Positions 1 to 8,779 of a DNA stretch of 64,000 nucleotides are shown here, in pieces. Position numbers and translations under genes: made by a program. The notes under the pieces are model-generated. The model did no database searches and was not told the origin of the DNA. It was given only the letters and a program-made list of their open reading frames with translations. Numbering within the stretch: position 1 is the stretch's first letter; the number at the start of each line of letters is the position of its first letter. Source of the DNA: Armatimonadota bacterium (GTDB taxonomy: Bacteria > Armatimonadota > SYMT01); contig JBKBRF010000002.1 in the NCBI GenBank assembly GCA_046292385.1, positions 96,001 through 160,000 of the forward strand. The letters run 5' to 3'.

Positions 1-91
1 GGCTGAGCGCCAGCAGGAGAAGCAGCGCACGGCAGGAATGCCGCGCCGCTGCCGGAGCGGCGGTGCCGCAGGCTCGGTTCCGAGGTTTCAT
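1..91 (-). CDS. 5' end of a probable exported protein (runs off the left edge)
   Basis: Minus-strand ATG at 91 preceded by GGAGAG; reads MKPRNRACGTAAPAAARHSCRALLLLLALS, a signal-peptide-like start; same strand as the efflux operon. Confidence 0.5.
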   Translation of the reverse strand, partial: MKPRNRACGTAAPAAARHSCRALLLLLALS

Positions 92-136
92 CCGTGTCTC
101 TCCTGCCCGCAGCAGCGTGCCGCGCCGGCTGATCTT

Positions 137-250
137 CTAATGTTCATGTCGGTGATGGAGGTCCGGATAGTGCGGGTGGGTGTGGGTGAGCGGCTCGTGG
201 CGGTGCCGATGCGTGTGCGGCTCGCGCTGGCGCGGCAGTCGTGGGATCCT
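137..250 (-). pseudogene. His-rich fragment resembling the C-terminal tail of metal-associated EamA/DMT transporters
   Basis: Minus frame reads ...EPHTHRHRHEPLTHTHPHYPDLHHRHEH-stop (TAG 137-139); in-frame TGA at 251-253 upstream and no ATG/GTG start. Confidence 0.5.
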
Positions 251-346
251 TCATACCGCTTCATCTCATCGATCGGGAACCCTTATCCCGATGCCATTCG
301 CCGCCACGCCGATACCCGGCCGCCGCACTACTGACCGCGGCGACCG

Positions 347-3300
347 CTACTTCCAGGCCGGCAGCGGCTCTCCCGGAGAAGCGGGAACGGGGTCCGGTCC
401 GGCGTCTCCGGTCTCCGGACGGGGAGCGCCCTTGCCGAGCTCCCGAGCCCCCACCCGATAGAAGAGCGCCGGGGTGACCACCTGGTCGAGGAGCGTGCTG
501 CTGATCAGACCGCCCAGGATCACCACGGCGATCGGCTGGAGCAGCTCTTTGCCGGGTTGACCCGCCGAGAGCGCCAGCGGCAGGAGGCCGAAGGCGGCCG
601 TGAGGGCGGTCATCAGCACCGGCGCCAGCCGCTCCAGCGTCCCGCGCACGATCATCGCCTCTCCGAACGGCTCCCCTTCTTCGCGCATCAGGTGGACGTA
701 GTGGGAGATCATCATGATCCCGTTGCGAGTGGCGATCCCGAAGAGCGTGATGAAGCCGACCAGCGACGCCACCGAGAGCACGCCGCCAGTCAGGAAGACC
801 GCCACCACGCCCCCGACCATCGCGAGCGGCAGATTCACCATCACCTGGAGCGCCAGCCGCCAGGAGCCGAGCGCGACGAAGAGCACCAGGAAGATCCCGA
901 AGACGGTAAAGCCGCCCAGGAAGACGATCTGCCCCATGGCGGACTGCTGGCTCTCGAACTGGCCGCCGTACTCCACGAAGTAGCCGGGCTGCCAGTCCTC
1001 CTGGACCTCTCTCATCCGGGTCTGGAGCTCGCCGACCACGCTGTCGAGGTCGCGTCCTTCCACGTTGGCCTGCACCACGATGCGGCGCGAGACGTTCTCC
1101 CGGTTGATCGTGTTCGGCCCCGTGCCGGTGCGGATCTCCGCCAGCTGTCCCAGCGGAATCCGGGGGCCGACCGGCGTATCGATGAGCGTGCGGCGGATGA
1201 CGTCGACGTTGCCGCGAGCCTCCTCGTCGAACCAGACCACCAGGTCATAGGTCCGCTGCCCGTCCATCACCTTGGAAAAGGAGTGTGCGTTGAACGCCGT
1301 CTCCAGCGTTTCCGCCACCGCCCCGGGAGTGAGGCCGTAGCGGGCGGCCGCCTCCCGGTTAAGGCTGACCCGCACCTGCGGCACCTCCACCTGCGGCTCC
1401 ACCTGCAGATCGACCACTCCCCGGATACCCGCCAGCACCTCCCGCACCTCCTCCGCGTGCCGCCGCAGCACGTCGAGGTCGGAGCCGTAGACCTTGACCG
1501 CGAGCGCCGCTCGCACGCCGGAGGAGAGGTGGTCGAGCCGGTGCGAGATCGGCTGCCCCACGGCGATCACCACCCCCGGGACCCGTCCCAGCTTCTCCCG
1601 GATCTCCGCCTGGATCTCCCGCATGGAGCGCTGCGAGGGCTTGAGGCCGACGTCGATCTCGGAGACGTTCACCCCTTCCGCGTGCTCGTCCAGCTCCGCC
1701 CGGCCGGTGCGGCGGCCGGTGTGCGCCACCTCCGGCACCGTGAGCAGCTGTCGCTCCAGCACCGTGCCGATCCGGTTCGACTCCGCGAGGCTCGTGCCCG
1801 GCGGCAGAATGGCGTTGATCGAGAGCGAGCCCTCGTTGAACGGCGGCAGGAACTCCCGCCCCATCAGCGGGAAGAGCGCCGCCGCGCCGAGGACCAGCAC
1901 CATCGCTCCCGCGAGGACCACCCCCGAGCTCCCGACCGCCCACCGGACCAGCGGCGCGTCCCACCGCTTGAGATAGCGCACCAGCGGCCCGTCCTCCGGC
2001 TCCCCGGAGCCGAGCAGGCGCCGCAGCAGCGGGACGCGTGCGGCGCGCCCAGCTCCGGACGGTCGCGCCAGCAGGTAGGCGCAGAGCGCGGGCGTGACGG
2101 TGAGGGAGACGAGCAGCGACGCGGAGAGCGCCGTAATGTAGGCGAGGCCGAGCGGCATGAAGACCCGGCCTTCCATCCCTTCCAGCGAGAGCAGGGGCAG
2201 GAAGACGAGGGCGATGATGATCGTCGCGAAGACGATGCTGTTCCGGACCTCCGCGCTCGCCCGGTAGACCACCTGCAGCGGCGGGTCGGGGTTCGGCTTC
2301 AGCCGGTTCTCCTTCAGGCGCCGGAAGACGTTCTCCACGTCGACGATGCTGTCGTCGACCAGCTCCCCGATCGCCACCGCCAGGCCACCGAGCGTCATCG
2401 TGTTGATGCTGATGTCGAAGCGGTGCAGCACCAGCATGGCGATCACGAACGAGAGCGGGATGGCGGTGAGGGAGATCACCGTCGTCCGCAGGTTCAGGAG
2501 GAATACGAGCAGGACCAGGAAGACGAGGAAGCTCCCGTCCCGCAGCGCCTCCTCCACGTTGTGGATCGCCGTCTCGATGAAGTCGCTCTGCCGGAACAGA
2601 TGGCGGTTGATCTCGACGTCCCGGGGCAGAGAGGCTTCCACCTCCTCGAGGGCGCGGTCGATCTGCCGGGTGAGTGCGAGCGTGTTCGCGTTCGGCTGCT
2701 TCTGGATGGAGAGGATGACCGCCGGGCTGCCGTTCTCGCTGGCGTCGCCGCGGGCGAGCGCCGGCCCGAACCGCACGTCGGCGACCTGCTCCACCGTCAC
2801 CGGGACCCCGTTCCGCACCGCCACCACCGTGCGGCCGATGTCCTCCAGGGTCCGGGCGCGGCCCATGATCCGGATCACCGCCTCGCGCTGGGGGCTCTGC
2901 AGGAAGCCTCCGGCGGTGCTCTGGTTGGACCCGCGCACCGCTTCCGTAAGCTGGTTCAGCGTCACCCCGTACTGCTGGAGGCGGGTCGGATTGGTCAGCA
3001 CCTGGAACTGCTTCACGCCGCCGCCGATCGGCACCGCCTGCGAGACGCCGGGGATGGCGAGGAGCCGCTGCCGCACCACCCAGTCGGCGTAGGAGCGGAT
3101 CTCGATCGGCTCCGTCTCTCCGCTCTTGCTCTGGAGCGAGATCAGCATGATCTCCCCCATGATCGAGGAGACCGGCCCCATCGTTGGGATCGCCTCCTCC
3201 GGCAGCCGTGCCTGCGCCAGCTGGAGCTTCTCGGTGACGATCTGCCGCGCCCGAAGGATCTCCGCGTCCCAGTCGAACTCCACCCAGACGATCGAGAGCC

Positions 3301-3565
3301 CGGCGCTGGAGGCGGACCGCACCCGCTCCACCCCCGCCGCGCCGTTCATCATCGACTCGATCGGAAAGGTGACGAGCGTCTCCACCTCCTCCGCGGCGAG
3401 GCCGTGCGCCTCCGTGAGGATCGTCACCACCGGGCGGTTCAGGTCCGGCAGCACGTCGACCGGCATCTTCGCCACCGCCGCCGCCCCGTAGACGAGGAGG
3501 AGCGCGGCGGCGCAGACGACCATGAAGCGCTGGCGGATGCAGAACTGGATCAGGTGGTTCAGCAT
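347..3565 (-). CDS. CusA/CzcA-family heavy-metal efflux RND permease
   Basis: 1072 aa; N-terminal VDVLPDL, TM4 GGLAVAIGELVDDSIVDVEN, C-terminal RLAPVLMTAL. Confidence 0.93.
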   Translation of the reverse strand: MLNHLIQFCIRQRFMVVCAAALLLVYGAAAVAKMPVDVLPDLNRPVVTILTEAHGLAAEEVETLVTFPIESMMNGAAGVERVRSASSAGLSIVWVEFDWDAEILRARQIVTEKLQLAQARLPEEAIPTMGPVSSIMGEIMLISLQSKSGETEPIEIRSYADWVVRQRLLAIPGVSQAVPIGGGVKQFQVLTNPTRLQQYGVTLNQLTEAVRGSNQSTAGGFLQSPQREAVIRIMGRARTLEDIGRTVVAVRNGVPVTVEQVADVRFGPALARGDASENGSPAVILSIQKQPNANTLALTRQIDRALEEVEASLPRDVEINRHLFRQSDFIETAIHNVEEALRDGSFLVFLVLLVFLLNLRTTVISLTAIPLSFVIAMLVLHRFDISINTMTLGGLAVAIGELVDDSIVDVENVFRRLKENRLKPNPDPPLQVVYRASAEVRNSIVFATIIIALVFLPLLSLEGMEGRVFMPLGLAYITALSASLLVSLTVTPALCAYLLARPSGAGRAARVPLLRRLLGSGEPEDGPLVRYLKRWDAPLVRWAVGSSGVVLAGAMVLVLGAAALFPLMGREFLPPFNEGSLSINAILPPGTSLAESNRIGTVLERQLLTVPEVAHTGRRTGRAELDEHAEGVNVSEIDVGLKPSQRSMREIQAEIREKLGRVPGVVIAVGQPISHRLDHLSSGVRAALAVKVYGSDLDVLRRHAEEVREVLAGIRGVVDLQVEPQVEVPQVRVSLNREAAARYGLTPGAVAETLETAFNAHSFSKVMDGQRTYDLVVWFDEEARGNVDVIRRTLIDTPVGPRIPLGQLAEIRTGTGPNTINRENVSRRIVVQANVEGRDLDSVVGELQTRMREVQEDWQPGYFVEYGGQFESQQSAMGQIVFLGGFTVFGIFLVLFVALGSWRLALQVMVNLPLAMVGGVVAVFLTGGVLSVASLVGFITLFGIATRNGIMMISHYVHLMREEGEPFGEAMIVRGTLERLAPVLMTALTAAFGLLPLALSAGQPGKELLQPIAVVILGGLISSTLLDQVVTPALFYRVGARELGKGAPRPETGDAGPDPVPASPGEPLPAWK

Positions 3566-3566
3566 G

Positions 3567-5984
3567 CTACTTCCCGAGCTTCGCGAGGAGCTGATAGGCG
3601 CCGCGGGTCACCACCGGCTCCCCCGGCTTCAGTCCCGCCTCGATCACCACCTGGTCGCCCAGCGCCGGTCCTACCCGGACGACCCGCCGTCGGTAGGCGC
3701 CCTCCGCTTCCCGCACGAAGACGAGCTGCTCCCCGCCTCGCTCCTGGAGCGCTTCCACCGGGATCACCACGGCGCTGCCGGTCCCGGAGGAGATCACCAC
3801 TCGCACGAACATGTTCGGCTTGAGCAGGCCGTTCGGGTTCGGCACCACCGTCCGCACGTGGACCGCCCGGGTCTCCGGGTCGACCTCGTACTCGATCGAG
3901 CTGACCGTCCCCGCGAAGGTGCGGCCGGGCACCGCATCCGCAGCGATCGTCACGCGCTGACCCTCCCGGATCCGCGGCAGGTCTTTCTCGAAGACGTCGC
4001 TCTCCACCCAGACCGTCCCGGTGTTTACGACGGAACAGAGCGTCTCCCCGGCGCCCACCACCTGGCCGGTGTTCACCGGGCGGCTGTGGACCTCGCCCCC
4101 GATCGGCGCGGTGATCCGCACCTGGCTGCTGCCGGAAGGAGAGCCGCCGAGGAGCTGCAGCCGGTTCAGCGCGGCACGGACCGCCTGCCGCGCGCCGCCC
4201 GCCGCCGCCTCGGCCGCCTGCGTCTCGGCCCGAGCGCCCGCCACCTGCTCCCGCGCGGTCTCCACCGCCCGCCGCTGGGAGGCGACCAGCGCCTCCGCCG
4301 CCTCGGCCGACCGCACCCGGCGCGTGACCGCCGCCTCCGCCGAGCGGGCCTGCAGCTCCGCGCTTTCCACCTCGGCGCGGGCCGCCTGGACCTCCCGGGC
4401 GTCCCGCAGGCTCTCCCGCTGAATCCGCTCCTCCCGGGCGAGCGCGGTCCGGGCGAGCTGGAGCTGCCGCTCGGCGGTCCGGACCCGGGTCCGCCCCTGG
4501 GAGGCCGCACTCTGCGCCGCTTCCAGCTCCTTGCGGGCGACCACGCCGTCCTTCAGTCCCTGCTCCAGGCGCCTCGCCTGCGCTTCCACATTGGTGAGCG
4601 CCGCCTGGCCCTCCTGGAGCTCCCCCTCCGCCGCCGCGACGGCCGACCGCGCCGTCTCCACGGGTCCCTGGGCGAACGCCCCGGCCGCCGCGAGCTGCTG
4701 CTGGCGCTGCAGCGCCTGGCGGGCGCTCTCCACCTTGCCGCGAGCCACCGCGAGCTCCGCCCGCTCGTGCTCCGCCTCCGCCCGCGCCTCGGCGAGCTGC
4801 GCTTCGGCGCGGGCGAGTGCCGCCTCGGCCTCGCCGACCTGCGACTGGACCCGGCGCACCTCCGCCCGGGTGCGGACCCGGACCGCCTCCGCGCTCCGCT
4901 GCTCCGCCTGCGCCCGCGACAGCGCCGCCTGCGCCTCTGCGATCTCGGTGCTGTCGATCACCGCCACCAGGTGGCCGGCGGGAATCCGCTGTCCCGGCGT
5001 GACGTAGACCCGCAGCACCCGGCCGCCCACTCGCGTGTTTACCGTGACGGCCCCGTTCGGGTTGGGGCGCACCTGTCCGGTCGTAGAGAGACCGCCCGCG
5101 AGGGGCCGGCTCGCCGCCGGGACGGTCTGCAGCCCCAGCAGCTCCGCCGCGTCGTGATCCAGGCTCACCAGGTCCGGATCCTGCTCCAGCTCCTCGTTCT
5201 CGATCGAGAGCGTGAACCGGTAGCGGTCCCGCTCCAGCACCGCCTCCGTCTCGCCGTTCGGCCCGAGGTAGGCGCGGAGCGGCGTGCCGGCTTCTCCGAA
5301 CGTCTCCGCGACCGCGATGTGTCGCCCGTCCGGCCCGTGCATGTGCCCGGCCTCTTCCCCGTCCGCCCGCACGCCGCCGAGCGGCGCCAGGGCAAACGCG
5401 AGCCAGAGCAGGGAGAGCTTCGCCGCGGTCTTGCGGCCGCTCCGCCGCCCGAGCAGGAACGCCGCCGCGAGCAGCAGCAGCACCGCCAGCCCGCCCGCCG
5501 CGTAGAGTAGCGGAGACGTGGAGGCAGCCGCCGCGGTCCCGCCCTCCGGATCCGGCACCCAGATCGGGAACTCCAGCGTGTACTGCTTCCCGCCCGGCAG
5601 CGTCACCGTCTCGACGATCACGTACTCGCCCGGCTCCCGGTACATCATGTGGCTGCCGTAGACCCCGTGCTCCGGCTCGTAGGCGTTCGCCTCCCGGTGA
5701 ACGACCGCCTGGGGGTCGCCCTTGCGGTGGATCACCGAGTGGACTTCGGCCCCTTCCACCACCGCCCCGTTCCCGTCGGGGCCCTTCCGGCTCGTATCGG
5801 TGATCCGCAGGTCATGGTGCGAGAGGACCTGGGCGCCGGCAGAGCCGCCCTCCGGAGCGACCGCGATGTGGCGGCCATCCGGCCCGTGCACGTGACCCGG
5901 GCCTTCCTCGTCCGCCCGCGCCGCGGGAGCGAGGACGCTCAGGCCCGCCAGCATGGCGGCCAGGTAGAAGTGAGGTCGACTCAT
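3567..5984 (-). CDS. RND periplasmic adaptor (CzcB/CusB-like) with a long His-motif N-terminal extension
   Basis: C-terminal lipoyl/beta-barrel motifs (ITAPIGG, VDPETRAVHVR, LKPNMF, GLKPGEPVVTRG) and long coiled coil; about 260 aa extra N-terminal region. Confidence 0.9.
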   Translation of the reverse strand: MSRPHFYLAAMLAGLSVLAPAARADEEGPGHVHGPDGRHIAVAPEGGSAGAQVLSHHDLRITDTSRKGPDGNGAVVEGAEVHSVIHRKGDPQAVVHREANAYEPEHGVYGSHMMYREPGEYVIVETVTLPGGKQYTLEFPIWVPDPEGGTAAAASTSPLLYAAGGLAVLLLLAAAFLLGRRSGRKTAAKLSLLWLAFALAPLGGVRADGEEAGHMHGPDGRHIAVAETFGEAGTPLRAYLGPNGETEAVLERDRYRFTLSIENEELEQDPDLVSLDHDAAELLGLQTVPAASRPLAGGLSTTGQVRPNPNGAVTVNTRVGGRVLRVYVTPGQRIPAGHLVAVIDSTEIAEAQAALSRAQAEQRSAEAVRVRTRAEVRRVQSQVGEAEAALARAEAQLAEARAEAEHERAELAVARGKVESARQALQRQQQLAAAGAFAQGPVETARSAVAAAEGELQEGQAALTNVEAQARRLEQGLKDGVVARKELEAAQSAASQGRTRVRTAERQLQLARTALAREERIQRESLRDAREVQAARAEVESAELQARSAEAAVTRRVRSAEAAEALVASQRRAVETAREQVAGARAETQAAEAAAGGARQAVRAALNRLQLLGGSPSGSSQVRITAPIGGEVHSRPVNTGQVVGAGETLCSVVNTGTVWVESDVFEKDLPRIREGQRVTIAADAVPGRTFAGTVSSIEYEVDPETRAVHVRTVVPNPNGLLKPNMFVRVVISSGTGSAVVIPVEALQERGGEQLVFVREAEGAYRRRVVRVGPALGDQVVIEAGLKPGEPVVTRGAYQLLAKLGK

Positions 5985-7297
5985 CGAGGGTTCTCCGGCG
6001 GCTCCGGCGCGAGACCCGGGGCGGTGCCCAGAGCCCGGTCGAGGGCGATGCGGGCGCGGACCGCATCGAAAAGGGCGTTCTGATACTCGGTGCGGGTCTG
6101 CCGCACCACCCGCTGGGCCTCCAGCACCTCCAGGAAGGAGGTGAGGCCGGCCTCGAACCCGGCGCGGGTGGAGCGCAGCAGCTCCTCCGTCTGCGGCAGG
6201 ATCGCCTCCCGGTAGCTCTGCGCCACCTGGCGGGCGGCGGTCAGCTCCGCGGCGGCCCGTTCAATCTCTACGCGCACCGCCCGGCGCGTGGCCTCCACCT
6301 CCGCTTCCTGCTCGCGGACGCCCGCCCGGGCACGGTCCTCCTCCGCGCGGAGCCGGCCGCGGTCAAAGAGCGGAAAGCTGAGCCGCGCCTGGAGACCGAG
6401 GTTGCGGGAGTTGAACGGGTCGCGGTCGAGGCTCCAGGTATCCGCCGCCAGCTCGGCAAACAGCTCCGGCCGCCGGGCCGCGCGGGCGACCGCCACCGCC
6501 CCCCGCCGGGCGGCGAGCACGGCGCGGGCGGCGGCCAGCTCCGGCCGGGCCTGCTCCGCGCGGTCGAGCAGCTGCTCCCGCGGCGCCGGGGCCTCGGGGA
6601 TCTCCAGGCTCTCCGCCGGAACGACGGCGGTGTCCGCCGGGCGGCCGAGGATCAGGTTCAGGGTCGCCGCCCGGGCACGGGTCTCTCCGGCGGCGCGGAC
6701 CGCGTCCTGCTCCGCCCGGGCGAGCTCGATCCCGGCGCGGGTCTGCTGCACCAGGGGCGCCTCCCCGATCTCCACGCGCCGCTTCACCGCGTCCCGCAGC
6801 TGCCGCGCCAGCTCCGCCGTCTCCCGCGCCGCCTCCTCCACGGCCCGAGTCCGTACCAGGTCGTAATAGGCGGCCCGCGTCTCCGCCGCGGACTGCAGCT
6901 GCGCCAGCCGGAGCTCCGCCTCCGCCGCCTGCCGGAGCCCCGCGGCCGCCTCCGCCTGGGCCGAGCGCCGGCCGCCGAGGTCGATCTGCTGGGAGAGGAG
7001 CGCGTTGCCGTTGGTGAAGCCGACCCCCGGCGCCAGCTCCGCCTGCGGGTTGAACGGGGCGCGGGCGCCGCGGAGGCCGGCACTCGCCGCCTCCAGCCGG
7101 GCCGCCGCCGCCGCGACCGCGGGACTCTGCGCCAACGAGAGCCGCACCGCTTCCTCCAGGGTGAGCGGGGCCGGCTCTGCCTGCGCCGCCGCGGCGGCGG
7201 AAGCCGCCAGTGCCGGCAGCAGTGCGGCGAGCCAGGCGGTCCGACGGAGAGCGCCTGCGACTGTCAGTAGTAATTGCGGGGCGGTGGAAAGGAGCAC
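5981..7297 (-). CDS. TolC/CzcC-family outer membrane efflux protein
   Basis: Signal peptide, LTLEEAVRLSL, LSFPLFDRG, FEAGLTSFLEVLEAQ; 4-nt overlap with the adaptor gene. Confidence 0.9.
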   Translation of the reverse strand: MLLSTAPQLLLTVAGALRRTAWLAALLPALAASAAAAAQAEPAPLTLEEAVRLSLAQSPAVAAAAARLEAASAGLRGARAPFNPQAELAPGVGFTNGNALLSQQIDLGGRRSAQAEAAAGLRQAAEAELRLAQLQSAAETRAAYYDLVRTRAVEEAARETAELARQLRDAVKRRVEIGEAPLVQQTRAGIELARAEQDAVRAAGETRARAATLNLILGRPADTAVVPAESLEIPEAPAPREQLLDRAEQARPELAAARAVLAARRGAVAVARAARRPELFAELAADTWSLDRDPFNSRNLGLQARLSFPLFDRGRLRAEEDRARAGVREQEAEVEATRRAVRVEIERAAAELTAARQVAQSYREAILPQTEELLRSTRAGFEAGLTSFLEVLEAQRVVRQTRTEYQNALFDAVRARIALDRALGTAPGLAPEPPENPR

Positions 7298-7316
7298 GGG
7301 AGTCTCTCCGGCAGGA

Positions 7317-8261
7317 TCAGTGGTGGACGAGGAGCTCGACCAGGTGCCGCACCCAGAACCCGGCGGCCAGCATCACCACGAGCGAGACGCCGAGCGGGGC
7401 CAGCGGGAGCGCGGCCCGGTGCTCCGGGCGCTGGAGGAGCGCCGCGACGCGGCCTTCCAGGTCGTCTTCCGCCTCGGCGAAGGCGCTCGCGCCCACGAGC
7501 GGTCCCGGCATCGGCTGGGAAAGCTGCGCGACGCGGAGGAGGGTTGCCGCCACGTCCTCGCGGCTGCTCACCACCGCGGCCGCGTGGGCATCGCACGCCC
7601 GCTCAGCACTCCGGCGCCAGTCGCGGAGCAGGCGCCCGGTGCCGGGGAGCGGCACCAGGGCATAGAAGCAGGCGAGCGACGTCTCGACGAGACGATCCCG
7701 GCGGCGCAGATGCGCTTCCTCATGCGCCAGGACGACCGCCAGCTCCTCGGGGTCGAGCTGCTCCCACAGGGCGCTGGTGATCACGATCCTCGGACGTGCC
7801 ACCCCGAGGGTGAAGCACCCGGGCCAGGAGGAGGGAAGCCGGTAGACCGGCCGCTCTTCCCCCGGAAGACGGACGACCGCCTGGGCCAGCGCGGCCCCGA
7901 ACGCGTGCTGTCGGGAGAGCCGAAAGACCAGTCGCACCACCAGCACGGAGAAGAGCCCGAGCAGCGCCAGGTTCGCGGCGTGGAGGGCGACGTGGATCTC
8001 GTGGACGCGGAGGAGCGCCTGCTGCACCGAGTGCCAGAGAGCGTGCCAGGCGGAAAGGAGACCCGGGCCGCTGGGGTGGAAGGCGGCAGCTACCGGCACC
8101 ACCAGGACCGCCAGGATCGGGAGGTAGACCGGCCAGTCAGCTCGCGGCTGCGTCCGGCCCTCCGGCAGCCATCGACGGACGAGGCGCGCCAGGGCGAGCC
8201 CGACCAGCGCGGCCGCGTAGAAGGTCGCGATCCCGCCGATGAGGCCCGGGAGCTCAGGCAT
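7317..8261 (-). CDS. M56/BlaR1-like membrane zinc metallopeptidase without a penicillin-binding domain
   Basis: AVVLAHEEAHLRRRD zinc motif, ERACD, FTLGVARPRIV; overlaps the BlaI-like gene. Confidence 0.88.
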   Translation of the reverse strand: MPELPGLIGGIATFYAAALVGLALARLVRRWLPEGRTQPRADWPVYLPILAVLVVPVAAAFHPSGPGLLSAWHALWHSVQQALLRVHEIHVALHAANLALLGLFSVLVVRLVFRLSRQHAFGAALAQAVVRLPGEERPVYRLPSSWPGCFTLGVARPRIVITSALWEQLDPEELAVVLAHEEAHLRRRDRLVETSLACFYALVPLPGTGRLLRDWRRSAERACDAHAAAVVSSREDVAATLLRVAQLSQPMPGPLVGASAFAEAEDDLEGRVAALLQRPEHRAALPLAPLGVSLVVMLAAGFWVRHLVELLVHH

Positions 8262-8691
8262 CGCGCTGCTCCCGGCTGCGCTCCACCGCTTCCCGGAGCA
8301 GGGCCAGCTTCTCGTCCGAGAGCACCGAGCCCGGCTGGACGAAGAACGACGCCACCGCTTCCGGGAACTGCTCCACCAGCCGGTCGAGAGCCGTCGCCAC
8401 GATCCGCTGCTCCAGCTCCTGCCGGGAGACGAGCGCGGCGTAGAGGTAGGCCTTGCCTTCTTTCTCTCGGGAGAGGATGCCCTTCTCGGAGAGCCGCTCC
8501 ATCGTCGTCTTCACGGTGTTGTAGGCGACCGACGCGTCAGCGGGAAGGGCGGCGTGAACTTCACCGACGTTGAGCGGAGTCTCGTGAGCCCAGACCACTT
8601 CCATGACGGCAAGCTCCAGGTGCCCGAGAGGAGTCGATTCACCGGTCCGGCCCGGGACGAAACGGCGGAGTAGCTGCCGGGGATGCTGCAT
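8254..8691 (-). CDS. BlaI/MecI/CopY-family transcriptional repressor
   Basis: LGHLELAVMEVVW...AYNTVKTTMERLSEKGIL...GKAYLY; ATG 8691 chosen as start because it follows a promoter. Confidence 0.9.
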   Translation of the reverse strand: MQHPRQLLRRFVPGRTGESTPLGHLELAVMEVVWAHETPLNVGEVHAALPADASVAYNTVKTTMERLSEKGILSREKEGKAYLYAALVSRQELEQRIVATALDRLVEQFPEAVASFFVQPGSVLSDEKLALLREAVERSREQRDA

Positions 8692-8697
8692 ATCCGG

Positions 8698-8734
8698 AGT
8701 ATATGGCTGCGGATCTACTACCGTCAATCGTAGT
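8698..8734 (-). promoter_or_regulatory. Sigma70-like promoter with an inverted repeat over the -35 box (candidate BlaI operator)
   Basis: Minus strand TTGACG (8727-8722), 18-nt spacer, TATACT (8703-8698); ACTAC-N8-GTAGT at 8717-8734. Confidence 0.65.
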
Positions 8735-8779
8735 TTCAGCGCCGAAGCGTGCGCCTGCTAGCCGCACGCTCCGCGGACT

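Noticed and set aside
251..253. In-frame TGA upstream of the His-rich fragment as a second Sec codon
   Set aside because: No redox motif context, another in-frame TGA five codons further upstream, and no start codon.
557..3823. 1088-aa plus-strand ORF
   Set aside because: Antisense shadow of czcA; long stop-free reverse frames are expected at this GC content and it has no motifs.
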